Positions 8,745 through 17,999 of a stretch of DNA of 64,000 bases are shown here, in pieces. Positions within the stretch are counted from its first letter, which is position 1, and every line of letters begins with the position of its first letter. The translations under genes were made by a program, and so were the position numbers. This DNA is from Alphaproteobacteria bacterium (GTDB lineage Bacteria > Pseudomonadota > Alphaproteobacteria > Micavibrionales > Micavibrionaceae). The stretch is from the NCBI GenBank assembly GCA_023150415.1, contig JAKLKY010000004.1, positions 5,647-69,646 of the forward strand, written 5' to 3'. The notes below the pieces were generated by a model that was not told where the DNA came from, ran no database searches, and saw only the letters and a list, made by a program, of their open reading frames with translations.

Positions 8745-9216
8745 CCTCCTGACAATGGCCGCAACAGGTCATGGAGTGCTCCGCTTCCTCTGACAGGGAA
8801 TGTCCCGGCAACCAGTCGCTCATACCATCCACATAATGCTCTTTTTTCCAGATGGGAGCGCGTTTTTTAATTTCTTCGATGACGTAACGGCACGCTTCAA
8901 AACTCTCGGCGCGGTGCGGGGAACTCACAGCAATGATAATGCTGATCCCGCTGACATCCAGAGTGCCCTGATAGTGCGCAACATAATAGCGTGTATCAGG
9001 CCATAGCCCTTGTGCTTCCTCACAAATTTCATGAAAGGCTTTTTCTGCCAGGGCTTCATGCACATCGTATGTGATGCCTGTTACGCTTTTACCCTCATGC
9101 ATATTGCGCACTGTGCCGATAAACGTATCAATGGCCCCATGCGCCGGATCGATAACACTTTGCATTGCCGTTTCTAGGCTTAAAGGATCAGCGCTGACAA
9201 AAACTTGAATACTCAT
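8731..9216 (-). CDS. moaE: Molybdopterin synthase catalytic subunit MoaE with Cys-rich C-terminal tail
   Basis: GAIDTFIGTVRN...IIAVSSPHRAESFEACRYVIEEIKKRAPIWKKE, plus the extra tail SMTCCGHCQEDAHG. Confidence 0.85.
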   Translation of the reverse strand: MSIQVFVSADPLSLETAMQSVIDPAHGAIDTFIGTVRNMHEGKSVTGITYDVHEALAEKAFHEICEEAQGLWPDTRYYVAHYQGTLDVSGISIIIAVSSPHRAESFEACRYVIEEIKKRAPIWKKEHYVDGMSDWLPGHSLSEEAEHSMTCCGHCQEDAHG

Positions 9217-9219
9217 TCC

Positions 9220-9468
9220 TTAGCCCCCACAGACCGGCGGTAAAATGGAAAGAGGCGTTTCTTCCTGCAGGATATAAGCATTTGGCAAAATTGCATTGTC
9301 ATTGGCAAGAACGGATTCTTCCACCAGTGTTTTATGCTGCTCGCCCAATTGCTGCACCAAGGCTGCCTTAATTTGCTGCACAGAAGATCCGGCATCAACA
9401 GTAACGCAGAGCGTATCGCCAAATTGTCTGAAAACACCAAAACATTTGATAGAGTAATTTATCATCAC
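9220..9468 (-). CDS. moaD: Molybdopterin synthase sulfur carrier MoaD
   Basis: 82-aa ubiquitin-like protein ending in GG (LPPVCGG), immediately upstream of moaE. Confidence 0.8.
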   Translation of the reverse strand: MMINYSIKCFGVFRQFGDTLCVTVDAGSSVQQIKAALVQQLGEQHKTLVEESVLANDNAILPNAYILQEETPLSILPPVCGG

Positions 9469-10511
9469 TACGCTTTCTCATACCCTTGTTTTTTAATCTT
9501 GTTCAGCGCATCACCGATAAAAGGAGCGATAATATCCCAGCATTCCTTGACAGCATTGGGAGAGCCCGGAAAAGCGATGACAAGTGTTGAGCCAACCATG
9601 CCCGCCGTCATACGGGACAGCCATGCGGTATCCGTGAAATGAAGGCTTTCAGTGCGCAGCACATCGCCTAGCCCCTCAAGCATCCGGTCGCTTATTTTTT
9701 GCAAAACGTCAGGAGTCACATCGCGCGGCCCGGGCCCCGTACCGCCAGAAGCAATCAGGATATCCGGCTTATGCTGCGCAGAAATATCTTTAATCGCTGC
9801 AGCGATTTTATCCGCTTCGTCAGGTATGACCTCACAGCATTTGATATCGGCTCCCGCCGCGCTCAAAAGTTCCTTTAAAACGGGACCGGATTTGTCTTCA
9901 TACTCGCCTTTTGATGCGCGGTCGCTCATAACCAGAATGGCGGCGGATTTACCGACGAGATTTTTTTCATCGGGCAATTGCTTGGCCAGCCAGTCAGGTA
10001 TACCATTGGGGTTGATCCAAACACCGCTTTTTCCGCCGGTTTTCACAAGCAGGTGCACAGCCTCAATTGAAAGGTTAGAATCGGTACCTTTGGTTAAATC
10101 CCAGATTGTCAGAAGCGCAGCATTTGCACCCGCCAAGGCTTCCATCTCGACACCTGTTTTCGCAAAAGCAACGGCCTGTGCATAGACTGTAATGCTGTGA
10201 TCCTCCTCATTCATGGCACAATGGATGGTGACCTGATCCAGCGGCAATGTGTGGCACATAGGGATAAGATCCGGTGTTTTTTTTGCGCCTGTGATGCCTG
10301 CCGCTTCAGCGAGTGCCAAAACATTGCCTTTAGGCAACTTGCCATTTTTGATCGCTTCAAAGGCTTCCGCGTTCATATGAATAGTGCCGCAAGCTACAGC
10401 GCGCCTGCGCGTTGGTCTTTTGCGTCCGACATCAATCATTTTGAAATTGGGCTGCGCCGCCGTGGGAAAGGCAATAACTTCTTCTGGTTTTGACATGGTT
10501 TTATCCTCCAA
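9468..10511 (-). CDS. moaC: Bifunctional MoaC (cPMP synthase) / MogA-MoaB domain protein
   Basis: N-half has KTPDLIPMCHTLPLDQV...TGVEMEALAGANAALLTIWDLTK. C-half has ILVMSDRASKGEYEDKSGP...ASGGTGPGPRDVTPD. Confidence 0.85.
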   Translation of the reverse strand: MEDKTMSKPEEVIAFPTAAQPNFKMIDVGRKRPTRRRAVACGTIHMNAEAFEAIKNGKLPKGNVLALAEAAGITGAKKTPDLIPMCHTLPLDQVTIHCAMNEEDHSITVYAQAVAFAKTGVEMEALAGANAALLTIWDLTKGTDSNLSIEAVHLLVKTGGKSGVWINPNGIPDWLAKQLPDEKNLVGKSAAILVMSDRASKGEYEDKSGPVLKELLSAAGADIKCCEVIPDEADKIAAAIKDISAQHKPDILIASGGTGPGPRDVTPDVLQKISDRMLEGLGDVLRTESLHFTDTAWLSRMTAGMVGSTLVIAFPGSPNAVKECWDIIAPFIGDALNKIKKQGYEKA

Positions 10512-11490
10512 TACTTGCTAAATGGTCGCGAACACCACTGTTATTATCATGCAAGAAATGCGCTGATTTCTTAAAATTCATCAAGGCCATTATTTTTTCT
10601 TGTAGCTCTTCTTGCTGCTCGTCTGATTGTAGAAGATGCCGTAGGGGATACCCGCGTTCACCGAAAAGACAAAGGTGGAGCGCACCCTTGGCAGACATGC
10701 GCAGACGATTACAGCTTTTACAAAAGTCTTTTGAATAAGGGGCGATTAAACCAATTGTGCCTTTACTGCCTTTATGTGCAAATTCCTGGGCTGGTCCTGC
10801 GCCTTCTTCACGAGGTTTTAAATGCCATCCACGTGCCAGCAATTTTTCCGTGACAGCGGTACCGGGCAAATGATGCTCGCTGAAATAATCCTGATTATCT
10901 CCCGTGCGCATAAGCTCAATAAAGCGCAAGGAAACAGGTTTATCCTGAACAAAAGCGATAAAATCATCAAGCTCGTTATCATTATATCCTTTGAGCAGGA
11001 CAGTGTTAATTTTAACCGATTCAAACCCGGCGTTGTGACAGGCCTCCAGCCCGTCCAATATCTCTTCTAAACGGTCATGTTTTGTGATGGCTTTAAACTT
11101 CTCTGCATTCAGAGAGTCTATGCTGATATTAATCGCTCGAAGACCAGCGTCATAATAGCTCTGCGCCCGTTCGGGCAGCTTATAACCATTGGTCGTAAAG
11201 GCTAATTTTTTAATACCTTGTATTGAAGTAACGCGCTGCGCGATTTGGATAAAATCAGGGCGCACGGTCGGCTCCCCTCCTGTAAGGCGAATTTTCCAAA
11301 CACCAAGCGCGGCGAATGCCTTTACCAGCCTTACAATTTCCTCTTGATTCAGAAAGCTCTCACATCCCGTTTTTTTATATCCATCGGGCAAGCAATAGGA
11401 ACAGCTGAAATTACACACATCCGTTACGGACAGGCGCAAATAAGGAAACCGGCGACCAAAATTATCCGCAAGGTGCGGTTGGTTTATCAT
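10501..11490 (-). CDS. moaA: GTP 3',8-cyclase MoaA (radical SAM)
   Basis: CNFSCSYCLP radical-SAM motif and a C-terminal CKSCNRLRMSAKG cluster. Start set at ATG 11490, preceded by GGAAAGGAG. The ORF-track start 11514 would contain that RBS. Confidence 0.9.
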   Translation of the reverse strand: MINQPHLADNFGRRFPYLRLSVTDVCNFSCSYCLPDGYKKTGCESFLNQEEIVRLVKAFAALGVWKIRLTGGEPTVRPDFIQIAQRVTSIQGIKKLAFTTNGYKLPERAQSYYDAGLRAINISIDSLNAEKFKAITKHDRLEEILDGLEACHNAGFESVKINTVLLKGYNDNELDDFIAFVQDKPVSLRFIELMRTGDNQDYFSEHHLPGTAVTEKLLARGWHLKPREEGAGPAQEFAHKGSKGTIGLIAPYSKDFCKSCNRLRMSAKGALHLCLFGERGYPLRHLLQSDEQQEELQEKIMALMNFKKSAHFLHDNNSGVRDHLASIGG

Positions 11491-11625
11491 ATCAATAGAC
11501 TCCTTTCCAAACACGGGAGATCATGGCGTTTCCACACATAACCCCGGCCAATACGCCATATCCATTTAATAAGGACTTAGGACATAAAGGCTTCAGAGCG
11601 GCCATGCGCAAATGAACATGGCGAA
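11491..11625 (-). ncRNA. Candidate Moco riboswitch in the moaA leader
   Basis: Minus-strand leader contains GCTCTGAAGCC, the helix ATGGCG...GGAAAC...CGCCAT, then CTCCCGTG...GGAAAGGAG overlapping the RBS. These resemble the CUCCGAGCC / CCCG / AAAGGAG blocks of the Moco motif as I recall them. Not folded or scored. Confidence 0.35.
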
Positions 11626-11666
11626 TCTTCATATTTTCATTATGATGGAATTTAAAATGAAGAGAC

Positions 11667-11680
11667 TTGATCTGAATCAA
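11667..11680. promoter_or_regulatory. FNR-type box TTGATCTGAATCAA
   Basis: Perfect palindrome in the moaA / nnrU divergent gap. It lies ~180 bp upstream of moaA ATG and only 12 bp from nnrU ATG. Confidence 0.7.
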
Positions 11681-11691
11681 GAGGGATAAAA

Positions 11692-12381
11692 ATGCTGGAA
11701 TTCTGGGTATCGCTTGTTATTTTTATGGCTTCGCATTCTGTTATAGCCCGATCGGGGCTTCGCGGCCTCATAGTTCAAAAATGGGGAGAGAAAACCTATT
11801 TGACCCTTTATTCTTTGCTCAGCCTGATATTGCTCGCATGGCTGGTCATTGCGGCGCAGAACGCGCCTCGTATCCAGCTATGGCCCTGGCTTTATGAACT
11901 TTATTGGATACCTAACATTTTTATGCCCTTGGCATGCATCTTGCTGGTTTCGGGTTTCATTGTACCCAACCCCTTATCCATAGCGGCAAAAAACAAAGGA
12001 TTTGACCCAGAAAGGCCGGGATTTATTGTCACTCTGACCCGTCATCCGATTTTGTGGGGCTTTTTTCTCTGGTCTGTTTCTCATGTTGTCCCAAACGGTG
12101 AATATCCGCTGATTGTCATGTTTGGAATATTTGCTGGATTTTCGTTAATAGGACTGAAGATAGTTGATCGGAAGTGCAAAAAGGAATTGGGAATGGAGCA
12201 ATGGGACATACTGGCAAAAAACACACATGCTGTTCTTTTTGCTTCCCGCTCTTTATGGTCAGGACAATTCCAATTCACAAGATATGACATTACGGGAATT
12301 ATTTCAGGTTTATTTGTGTACTTTTTACTTTATAGTCTTCACGAGACTTTATTTGGAATAGGCCCAATGCCTCCCATGTAG
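11692..12381 (+). CDS. nnrU: NnrU family membrane protein
   Basis: Polytopic membrane protein with N-terminal LVIFMASHSVIARSGLRG, like NnrU. Sits in an NO-response neighbourhood. Confidence 0.6.
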   Translation: MLEFWVSLVIFMASHSVIARSGLRGLIVQKWGEKTYLTLYSLLSLILLAWLVIAAQNAPRIQLWPWLYELYWIPNIFMPLACILLVSGFIVPNPLSIAAKNKGFDPERPGFIVTLTRHPILWGFFLWSVSHVVPNGEYPLIVMFGIFAGFSLIGLKIVDRKCKKELGMEQWDILAKNTHAVLFASRSLWSGQFQFTRYDITGIISGLFVYFLLYSLHETLFGIGPMPPM

Positions 12382-12403
12382 TATTTAAAATGAGTGCAGA
12401 GCC

Positions 12404-13105
12404 ATGAACATTGTAGAAACCATCAAAAAAAGCACCCTGTTTCACAGTGTCGATATGCAGACAATCGAAGCATTGACTAAAGAATGTCATAAAAAAACAT
12501 TTGCCAAAGGGCGTGATATCTTCGCCATGGGTGACAAGGCTGATGCCTTTTTTATTATTCTTGAAGGTTGGGTCAAGCTCTATCGTATCTCCAAGGATGG
12601 TGAAGAAGCGATCATCCATGTCTTTGGCCCCGGCGAGTCTTTTGCTGAAGCGGCTGTTTTTAACGACACAAAAACCTATCCTGTGAATGCCCATGCATTG
12701 GATGAAGTCATTCTTGTCGAAATACCCCGCAGTTTTTTTATCCAGAAAATCGAGGAAGACAGCCAATTCGCTTTGCGTATGCTCGGCGCCATCGCCGCAC
12801 GACAGCATTACCTCGTCCAGCAAATAGAGCAGGTAACAACCCGCACTGCTCCACAGCGGATCGGCGCGTTTTTAATACGTTTTTGCAAGAAAAACAAGCA
12901 GGCCGAAGGCGAATGGGTTGTCCATTTACCTTACGATAAATCAGTGATTTCAACCCGCATGAACATCAAGCCCGAAACTTTTTCCCGCGCCCTGGCAAAA
13001 CTGGAACCTTTTGGCGTTCATGTAGAAAATAAGAAAATTCTGATTACAGACATGGAAGCTCTGGCTGAATTTTGTGACATCTCACCAAACGAAATACCTT
13101 GTTAG
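12404..13105 (+). CDS. Crp/Fnr family regulator, Dnr/NnrR-like (no N-terminal Cys cluster)
   Basis: cNMP-type beta-barrel plus HTH with the ETFSR recognition motif (equivalent to FNR E-xx-SR that reads TTGAT). No Cys-x2-Cys-x5-Cys at the N-terminus. Confidence 0.75.
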   Translation: MNIVETIKKSTLFHSVDMQTIEALTKECHKKTFAKGRDIFAMGDKADAFFIILEGWVKLYRISKDGEEAIIHVFGPGESFAEAAVFNDTKTYPVNAHALDEVILVEIPRSFFIQKIEEDSQFALRMLGAIAARQHYLVQQIEQVTTRTAPQRIGAFLIRFCKKNKQAEGEWVVHLPYDKSVISTRMNIKPETFSRALAKLEPFGVHVENKKILITDMEALAEFCDISPNEIPC

Positions 13106-14277
13106 GCTTCTCGCCCATCCGGTCGAGGGGCAAAGAGCATGGGGCTGTAAACCCATAAATAAGCTGCGAAACATAAAGACCATAAAGCAGCTGAGCCAAT
13201 AATCCATTCATTCATATGATCCGGCATCAATATCGGCCCGAACACGCGGGCAATGGCCGTGACCTGAATGGCAAAAAATGAAAGCGTGGTGAGTGCGACC
13301 ACTTTAAGCTCTCGTCCCGTATGCCCTAATGTAACGCGGCAAATCATACCCAATATCATGGAGCCTATCGAACCTGCGGTCAGAGCATGAATAACGGCTG
13401 TGACGCTCAAAAGACCAAACCCTGTTAAGGCAAGCAATCCAAGACCAACAACCAGCCAGCCATAACCGGCGTGAAGTATCCAGACGAGCGGATCATCAAA
13501 GGCTTTGAGCGTATGATAATGGCGCATTCTTAACCCGTGTATGAGGCAGGAAATACCTGCCGCAATACCGAGGATTGGAGTGTCTTTCGCAAAAATCAGA
13601 CACAGAGCGACAGCCACTAAAGAGGCAAGCGCCGCCATATCCATTTTCATTTGTGGCGTCTGATAAGCCTCTATGCCTTTCCTGCGCAAGGCGGCAACGG
13701 TAAAGGCCGGTATAATACGCCCGCCGATCAGGGAAACCATGATTAAAATCATCATCAATGCAACATGCAGCGCGGCCATATTGATGGTAAGAAGGAACCA
13801 GAGATCACAGGCAAAAAGGACGCTCAAAAGCGTCAGAAAAATGAAATTGCGCTTGTTCCAGCTGCGGATAAGCGGAATGGCAAGCGATAAGGCCAGCGCA
13901 GGTATAAAAGCACTTTCGACCACTATAATCGCCCATGCCGGCAGGCCGAAATCAAAATGCATGACAATTCGCCCCAGCAGCCACAGCAGGCAAAGCCCCG
14001 CCAAATGCATCTGCCGCGCCGGCGCGCCGCCCGTCCAGTTGGCAACGGCTGTTAAAAGAAAGCCCGCGACAATCGCCATGGAAAATCCGTAAATCATCTC
14101 ATGGGCGTGCCAGGAAACAGCGTCCAGCATAAAATAGGGAGGCACAACATATCCCGCATAAAACCCGCCCCACAGAGCCAAACTTATGACGCTATACAAA
14201 GCCCCAAAGAAAAAGAAAGGCCGGAACCCGCGCCCGAAGAATGGCCGTGAAAATATGGAGTCAAACAGCTTTAGCAT
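13102..14277 (-). CDS. nnrS: NnrS family haem-copper membrane protein
   Basis: FFFFGALYSVISLALWGGFY...SWHAHEMIYGFSMAIVAGFLLTAVANWTGG is the NnrS signature. Confidence 0.8.
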   Translation of the reverse strand: MLKLFDSIFSRPFFGRGFRPFFFFGALYSVISLALWGGFYAGYVVPPYFMLDAVSWHAHEMIYGFSMAIVAGFLLTAVANWTGGAPARQMHLAGLCLLWLLGRIVMHFDFGLPAWAIIVVESAFIPALALSLAIPLIRSWNKRNFIFLTLLSVLFACDLWFLLTINMAALHVALMMILIMVSLIGGRIIPAFTVAALRRKGIEAYQTPQMKMDMAALASLVAVALCLIFAKDTPILGIAAGISCLIHGLRMRHYHTLKAFDDPLVWILHAGYGWLVVGLGLLALTGFGLLSVTAVIHALTAGSIGSMILGMICRVTLGHTGRELKVVALTTLSFFAIQVTAIARVFGPILMPDHMNEWIIGSAALWSLCFAAYLWVYSPMLFAPRPDGREA

Positions 14278-15595
14278 GGCGGTTACTTTCTTTTTTAAAA
14301 TAAGGATCGAAGAGCGAAGCTACAACACGCACAAATGTTTTGCCGCTTTGCGTAACTTGCAGCTGTGAACCGGTTATTTCAATCAAGCCGTCTTGCTCCA
14401 GCAACGCAAGCTCGGATCGCGGCACAGGAATATTCTTATAATCTTCAAAATTGACAGTAAAATTACACATCAATTCCTCGATAAGTTTTCTTCTATCCTG
14501 ATCATCCTGCGTCAACGTCAGTACCCTTGCCAGCGGCACCTCTCCATTATCGACAGTTTTCCTGTATAAAGGCGCATCCGTGGTATTCTGGGTATAAGCC
14601 TCTTCAAACTGGCTGATTGACGACAAACCAAAACCCAATATGGTGCGGGCAGGATCATCCGTATAGCCTTGAAAATTACGGCGCATATTCCTGTTTTTCA
14701 AAGCACCAGCCAGCGGATCATCAGGGCGCGCAAAATGATCAATACCGATGGCTTCATATCCGGCTTCCTTTAAACGGGTTTCGGTGAGCTTGGCCATCTC
14801 GTAACGCAAAGATGTTTCTGGCATTTCATATTTCTCAAGCAGTTTCTGATGTTTTTTCATCCATGGCACATGGGCATAAGGGAAGACGGCAACGCGCGAC
14901 GGCTGAAGTTCCAAGACTTTATCCAGCGTTTCATTGACGGTTTCCAATGTTTGTTCGGGCAGGCCGATAATCAAATCAAAATTAATGTGGTGAATGTTGT
15001 TACGGCGCAGCGCCTCAATTTGCTTTTTGACCATATCAAAGGGCTGAATGCGGTTTATGGCCTTTTGTACGCCCGCGTCAAAATCCTGAATACCAAGGCT
15101 GATCCGTGACAGGCCAAGCGCGGCATACTCTGAAATTTTTTCTTCGCTCAAAAGCCGTGGGTCACACTCCATATCAATCTGCGCAGATGACAGATCAAAA
15201 TAACGCCCCAGAGTATTCAATATGCGTTTTATATCCTGCGTTTTTGCGTAATTGGGGGAGCCACCGCCGAAATGAATGCGTGAAACGGGCTGGCCGCCTT
15301 TAAAATTTCTACTCGCCAATTCTATTTCTTTGATCAGCGTATCGATATAGGACGCAATCGGGCTGTAGCTATGGACGATTTTGGTATGGCAGCCGCAATA
15401 ATGGCAAAGGCTATGGCAAAAGGGAATATGAACGTAAAGGGAAACAGGCTCGCACCGTATGAGCTTGTTCAGGCAATCAAAATAAGTGGTGGCATCCTGA
15501 GCAGGTTTAAACTGCACCGCCGTTGGGAAACTCGTGTAGCGCGGCACAGGAATATCATATTTGGCAAGCAAGGCCTTCATATCATTTTTATTCAT
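14261..15595 (-). CDS. hemN: Oxygen-independent coproporphyrinogen III oxidase HemN (radical SAM)
   Basis: YVHIPFCHSLCHYCGCH radical-SAM motif, GGGSPN, length and C-terminal domain typical of HemN. Confidence 0.9.
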   Translation of the reverse strand: MNKNDMKALLAKYDIPVPRYTSFPTAVQFKPAQDATTYFDCLNKLIRCEPVSLYVHIPFCHSLCHYCGCHTKIVHSYSPIASYIDTLIKEIELASRNFKGGQPVSRIHFGGGSPNYAKTQDIKRILNTLGRYFDLSSAQIDMECDPRLLSEEKISEYAALGLSRISLGIQDFDAGVQKAINRIQPFDMVKKQIEALRRNNIHHINFDLIIGLPEQTLETVNETLDKVLELQPSRVAVFPYAHVPWMKKHQKLLEKYEMPETSLRYEMAKLTETRLKEAGYEAIGIDHFARPDDPLAGALKNRNMRRNFQGYTDDPARTILGFGLSSISQFEEAYTQNTTDAPLYRKTVDNGEVPLARVLTLTQDDQDRRKLIEELMCNFTVNFEDYKNIPVPRSELALLEQDGLIEITGSQLQVTQSGKTFVRVVASLFDPYFKKESNRHAKAV

Positions 15596-15628
15596 GCGCC
15601 CATCCTACGAATATACGTTCAGGCGACC

Positions 15629-15642
15629 TTGATCTGAATCAA
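15629..15642. promoter_or_regulatory. FNR-type box TTGATCTGAATCAA
   Basis: Perfect palindrome in the 53-bp gap between ppiC stop and hemN start, centred ~41 bp from hemN ATG. Confidence 0.7.
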
Positions 15643-15648
15643 ATGATG

Positions 15649-16437
15649 CTACTGCACCAGTGGCGATTTTACGCCTTCGAAGCGGAAACCGCTGATTTTC
15701 GACCGTCCTGCCAGAAGCTGCACATATTGTTGAAAAGCCTTGTTCCAGCTTTTTTGTTCCAGATCATTTTTGATCCAATCGGCAACACTTTCATAGGGCA
15801 GTTGCGCACCTTCCGCGTATTCATGAACCTGGATAATGTGATAGCCGACTTCACTTGCCACAGGCTCCTCGCTGATATCACCCTCCCGCATCTGAAACAA
15901 AGCTGTTTCAAAGGCGGGCATGGTTTGCCCCTTGCTGATCTGCCCCAGCATTCCACCGTCCTTGGCGGAAGAGCATCCCGATTCCGCCCGTGCGATGCCG
16001 GCAAACAATTCCGGTGACTTCTTTATCTTTGCCAGCGCGGTATCCGCCTTGAGTTTGGCTGCTTTGCGTGCTTCCTCATCTTCCGGCGGAGCCAAATACA
16101 GGATATGAGACACTTCAAAAAGCGGTGAAGTAAAGAATTTGCTTTTGTTATTCTCGTAATACCGTCTGCACGTGTCTTCGTCAGCCTTTGGCGCGGTGAT
16201 TTCCTGCTCCAGCAAAGCTTCAATGATGTCGTCGGGCTTCTTAACTGCTTCATTCCGCTGACATAGCCCAAGTTCCGCCGCGCGCTGGATCAGGATTTCA
16301 CGTATCACAAGCGCCTTCATGGCTTCATATTTGGCGCTGAAAAGACTTTCTGCCGGGTGATACTGTACTTCCGCATTAATCTCATCTGGTGAGATTTTAA
16401 TGCCGTTGACTTCTATGCCGGGGGCGAGTGTTTGCAT
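15649..16437 (-). CDS. PpiC/parvulin-type peptidyl-prolyl isomerase (nar-cluster associated)
   Basis: Parvulin domain GGMLGQISKGQTMPAFETALFQMREGDISEEPVASEVGYHIIQV, directly downstream of narI. Confidence 0.75.
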   Translation of the reverse strand: MQTLAPGIEVNGIKISPDEINAEVQYHPAESLFSAKYEAMKALVIREILIQRAAELGLCQRNEAVKKPDDIIEALLEQEITAPKADEDTCRRYYENNKSKFFTSPLFEVSHILYLAPPEDEEARKAAKLKADTALAKIKKSPELFAGIARAESGCSSAKDGGMLGQISKGQTMPAFETALFQMREGDISEEPVASEVGYHIIQVHEYAEGAQLPYESVADWIKNDLEQKSWNKAFQQYVQLLAGRSKISGFRFEGVKSPLVQ

Positions 16438-17114
16438 TATGTTGCTCTCTTGCGAACGATTTGATAGGGACGGAAAACGTAACCAACCGGAGCGCTCAAT
16501 GCGTGAACCAGCCTTGTGAACGGGAAAATGACCAGTAGGAATAACCCAAGCGTGATATGCGCCTTGAAGACCAGGGCAACATCAGCAATATATTCATACG
16601 CGCCGCCACGGAATGTCACAATATGCTGTGCCCATTCCATGAACTTCACCATTTCATGGCCATCCAGATGGTGCATGGAAACCGGAATAGTCAACATACC
16701 CAATGTTAATTGAGCAAGCAGCAAGACCAGAACCATAATATCCGCAAACGAACTGTTAATCCGGATACGCGGATCAAACAAACGGCGATGCAGCAGCATT
16801 AAAAGACCGATAAAGCAGAAAACACCGGCAATCCCCCCTGCGGTAATCGCAAGAATCTGTTTTGCACCATGTGAAATGCCCAGCGCATCAAACACAGCAA
16901 TCGGTGTCAGTAATCCGACCGCGTGCCCGGCTAAAATAACCAATATGCCGAGGTGAAAGAGGATACTGCCGATAATCAGCTGCTTGCGGCGCAACAGTTG
17001 TGAGGATTTACTGCGCCAAGAATAAGGATCACGGTCAAAGCGCAGAATACTGCCCAATAAGAAAACGATGATCGCAATATACGGAAAAATTTGAAACAGG
17101 AAGTAATCTATCAT
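16437..17114 (-). CDS. narI: Respiratory nitrate reductase gamma subunit
   Basis: FQIFPYIAIIVFLLGSILRFDRDPYSWRSKSSQLL with 5 TM segments, following narJ. Confidence 0.9.
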   Translation of the reverse strand: MIDYFLFQIFPYIAIIVFLLGSILRFDRDPYSWRSKSSQLLRRKQLIIGSILFHLGILVILAGHAVGLLTPIAVFDALGISHGAKQILAITAGGIAGVFCFIGLLMLLHRRLFDPRIRINSSFADIMVLVLLLAQLTLGMLTIPVSMHHLDGHEMVKFMEWAQHIVTFRGGAYEYIADVALVFKAHITLGLFLLVIFPFTRLVHALSAPVGYVFRPYQIVRKRAT

Positions 17115-17818
17115 TTTTTAACCCTTTCCTCTTCCTTATAACCATTGATACGCGCCAGCATATCTTCGGCTTTCGGGCAGCCGCTATTCTGGCCGGTTGT
17201 TTGTTCTGTATTCTCAAAGGCGAACTGCTCTTCCCATTCCGCGTCAAGTTTTTCAAGGTCGTATGCTGCCCCCGATGCCTTCTGGAGCGCGATCTCTACC
17301 GCCTTCGGATCAGGCTTGCGCGCGGCTGTTTCTACCAGTGTTTCAAAGACAGTGGCATACTGTGATTCTCGGTTTTTCAAGCGTTCTGCAATAGCGGAAA
17401 GAATATTAACCACACTGCCTAAATTTTCTTTGGTATCTTCCGGCGGCAGGGTTGATACATATTCCAGAAATAGTGGCAAATAGTCAGGGGTTTCATCAGT
17501 ATTAATCAACAAACCAGCTTCTTCATAGACTTTGGTCAAATCAACCAAAGCCTGCCCACGTTCGCGTGAATCGCCGTGAATATGTTCAAATAAATGCAGC
17601 GACAAGGATGGCGTGCGATCAAACAAAGCAACATAGGTTTCCTGTAAATCAAGAAGATCGGTCACACGCATCTCTTCAAGAAACAACTCCAGAGAACGGA
17701 GTTCTTTTTCAGAAACCCATTTTTCATCTTTTAGGAAATTATAGCACTCATCCAGAACCTCTTTATGAGACTCGGAAGGATAGGTGAGTAGAAATCCCAG
17801 TATTTTAAGCGTTCTCAT
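17111..17818 (-). CDS. narJ: Nitrate reductase assembly chaperone NarJ
   Basis: LLTYPSESH...ALFDRTPSLSLHLFEHIHGDSRERGQALVDL. Start set at ATG 17818 (ORF-track upstream extension ignored). Confidence 0.85.
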   Translation of the reverse strand: MRTLKILGFLLTYPSESHKEVLDECYNFLKDEKWVSEKELRSLELFLEEMRVTDLLDLQETYVALFDRTPSLSLHLFEHIHGDSRERGQALVDLTKVYEEAGLLINTDETPDYLPLFLEYVSTLPPEDTKENLGSVVNILSAIAERLKNRESQYATVFETLVETAARKPDPKAVEIALQKASGAAYDLEKLDAEWEEQFAFENTEQTTGQNSGCPKAEDMLARINGYKEEERVKK

Positions 17819-17976
17819 GAGCCTTTTCCTTGTTGTCCTCCGCAAGAGCCGCAACATCCGCCATTAGCATGCGGGTCAGGCTTTTGTGTGTCCTGTTGCT
17901 TTTTACCTTCAGGGACATTCTCTTTTTTCGCGCTCTGCTTTTTGTCTTCAGAGTTTTGTTTTTTAAAAATATTCAT
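17815..17976 (-). CDS. Small ORF (53 aa), Lys-rich with a GGCCGSCGG motif, between narH and narJ
   Basis: Hand translation gives MNIFKKQNSEDKKQSAKKENVPEGKKQQDTQKPDPHANGGCCGSCGGQQGKGS. AAAGGA lies 8 nt upstream and the stop overlaps narJ ATG as ATGA. Below the ORF-track size cutoff. Confidence 0.4.
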   Translation of the reverse strand: MNIFKKQNSEDKKQSAKKENVPEGKKQQDTQKPDPHANGGCCGSCGGQQGKGS

Positions 17977-17999
17977 GATCTTCGTCCTTTCTTAATTGA

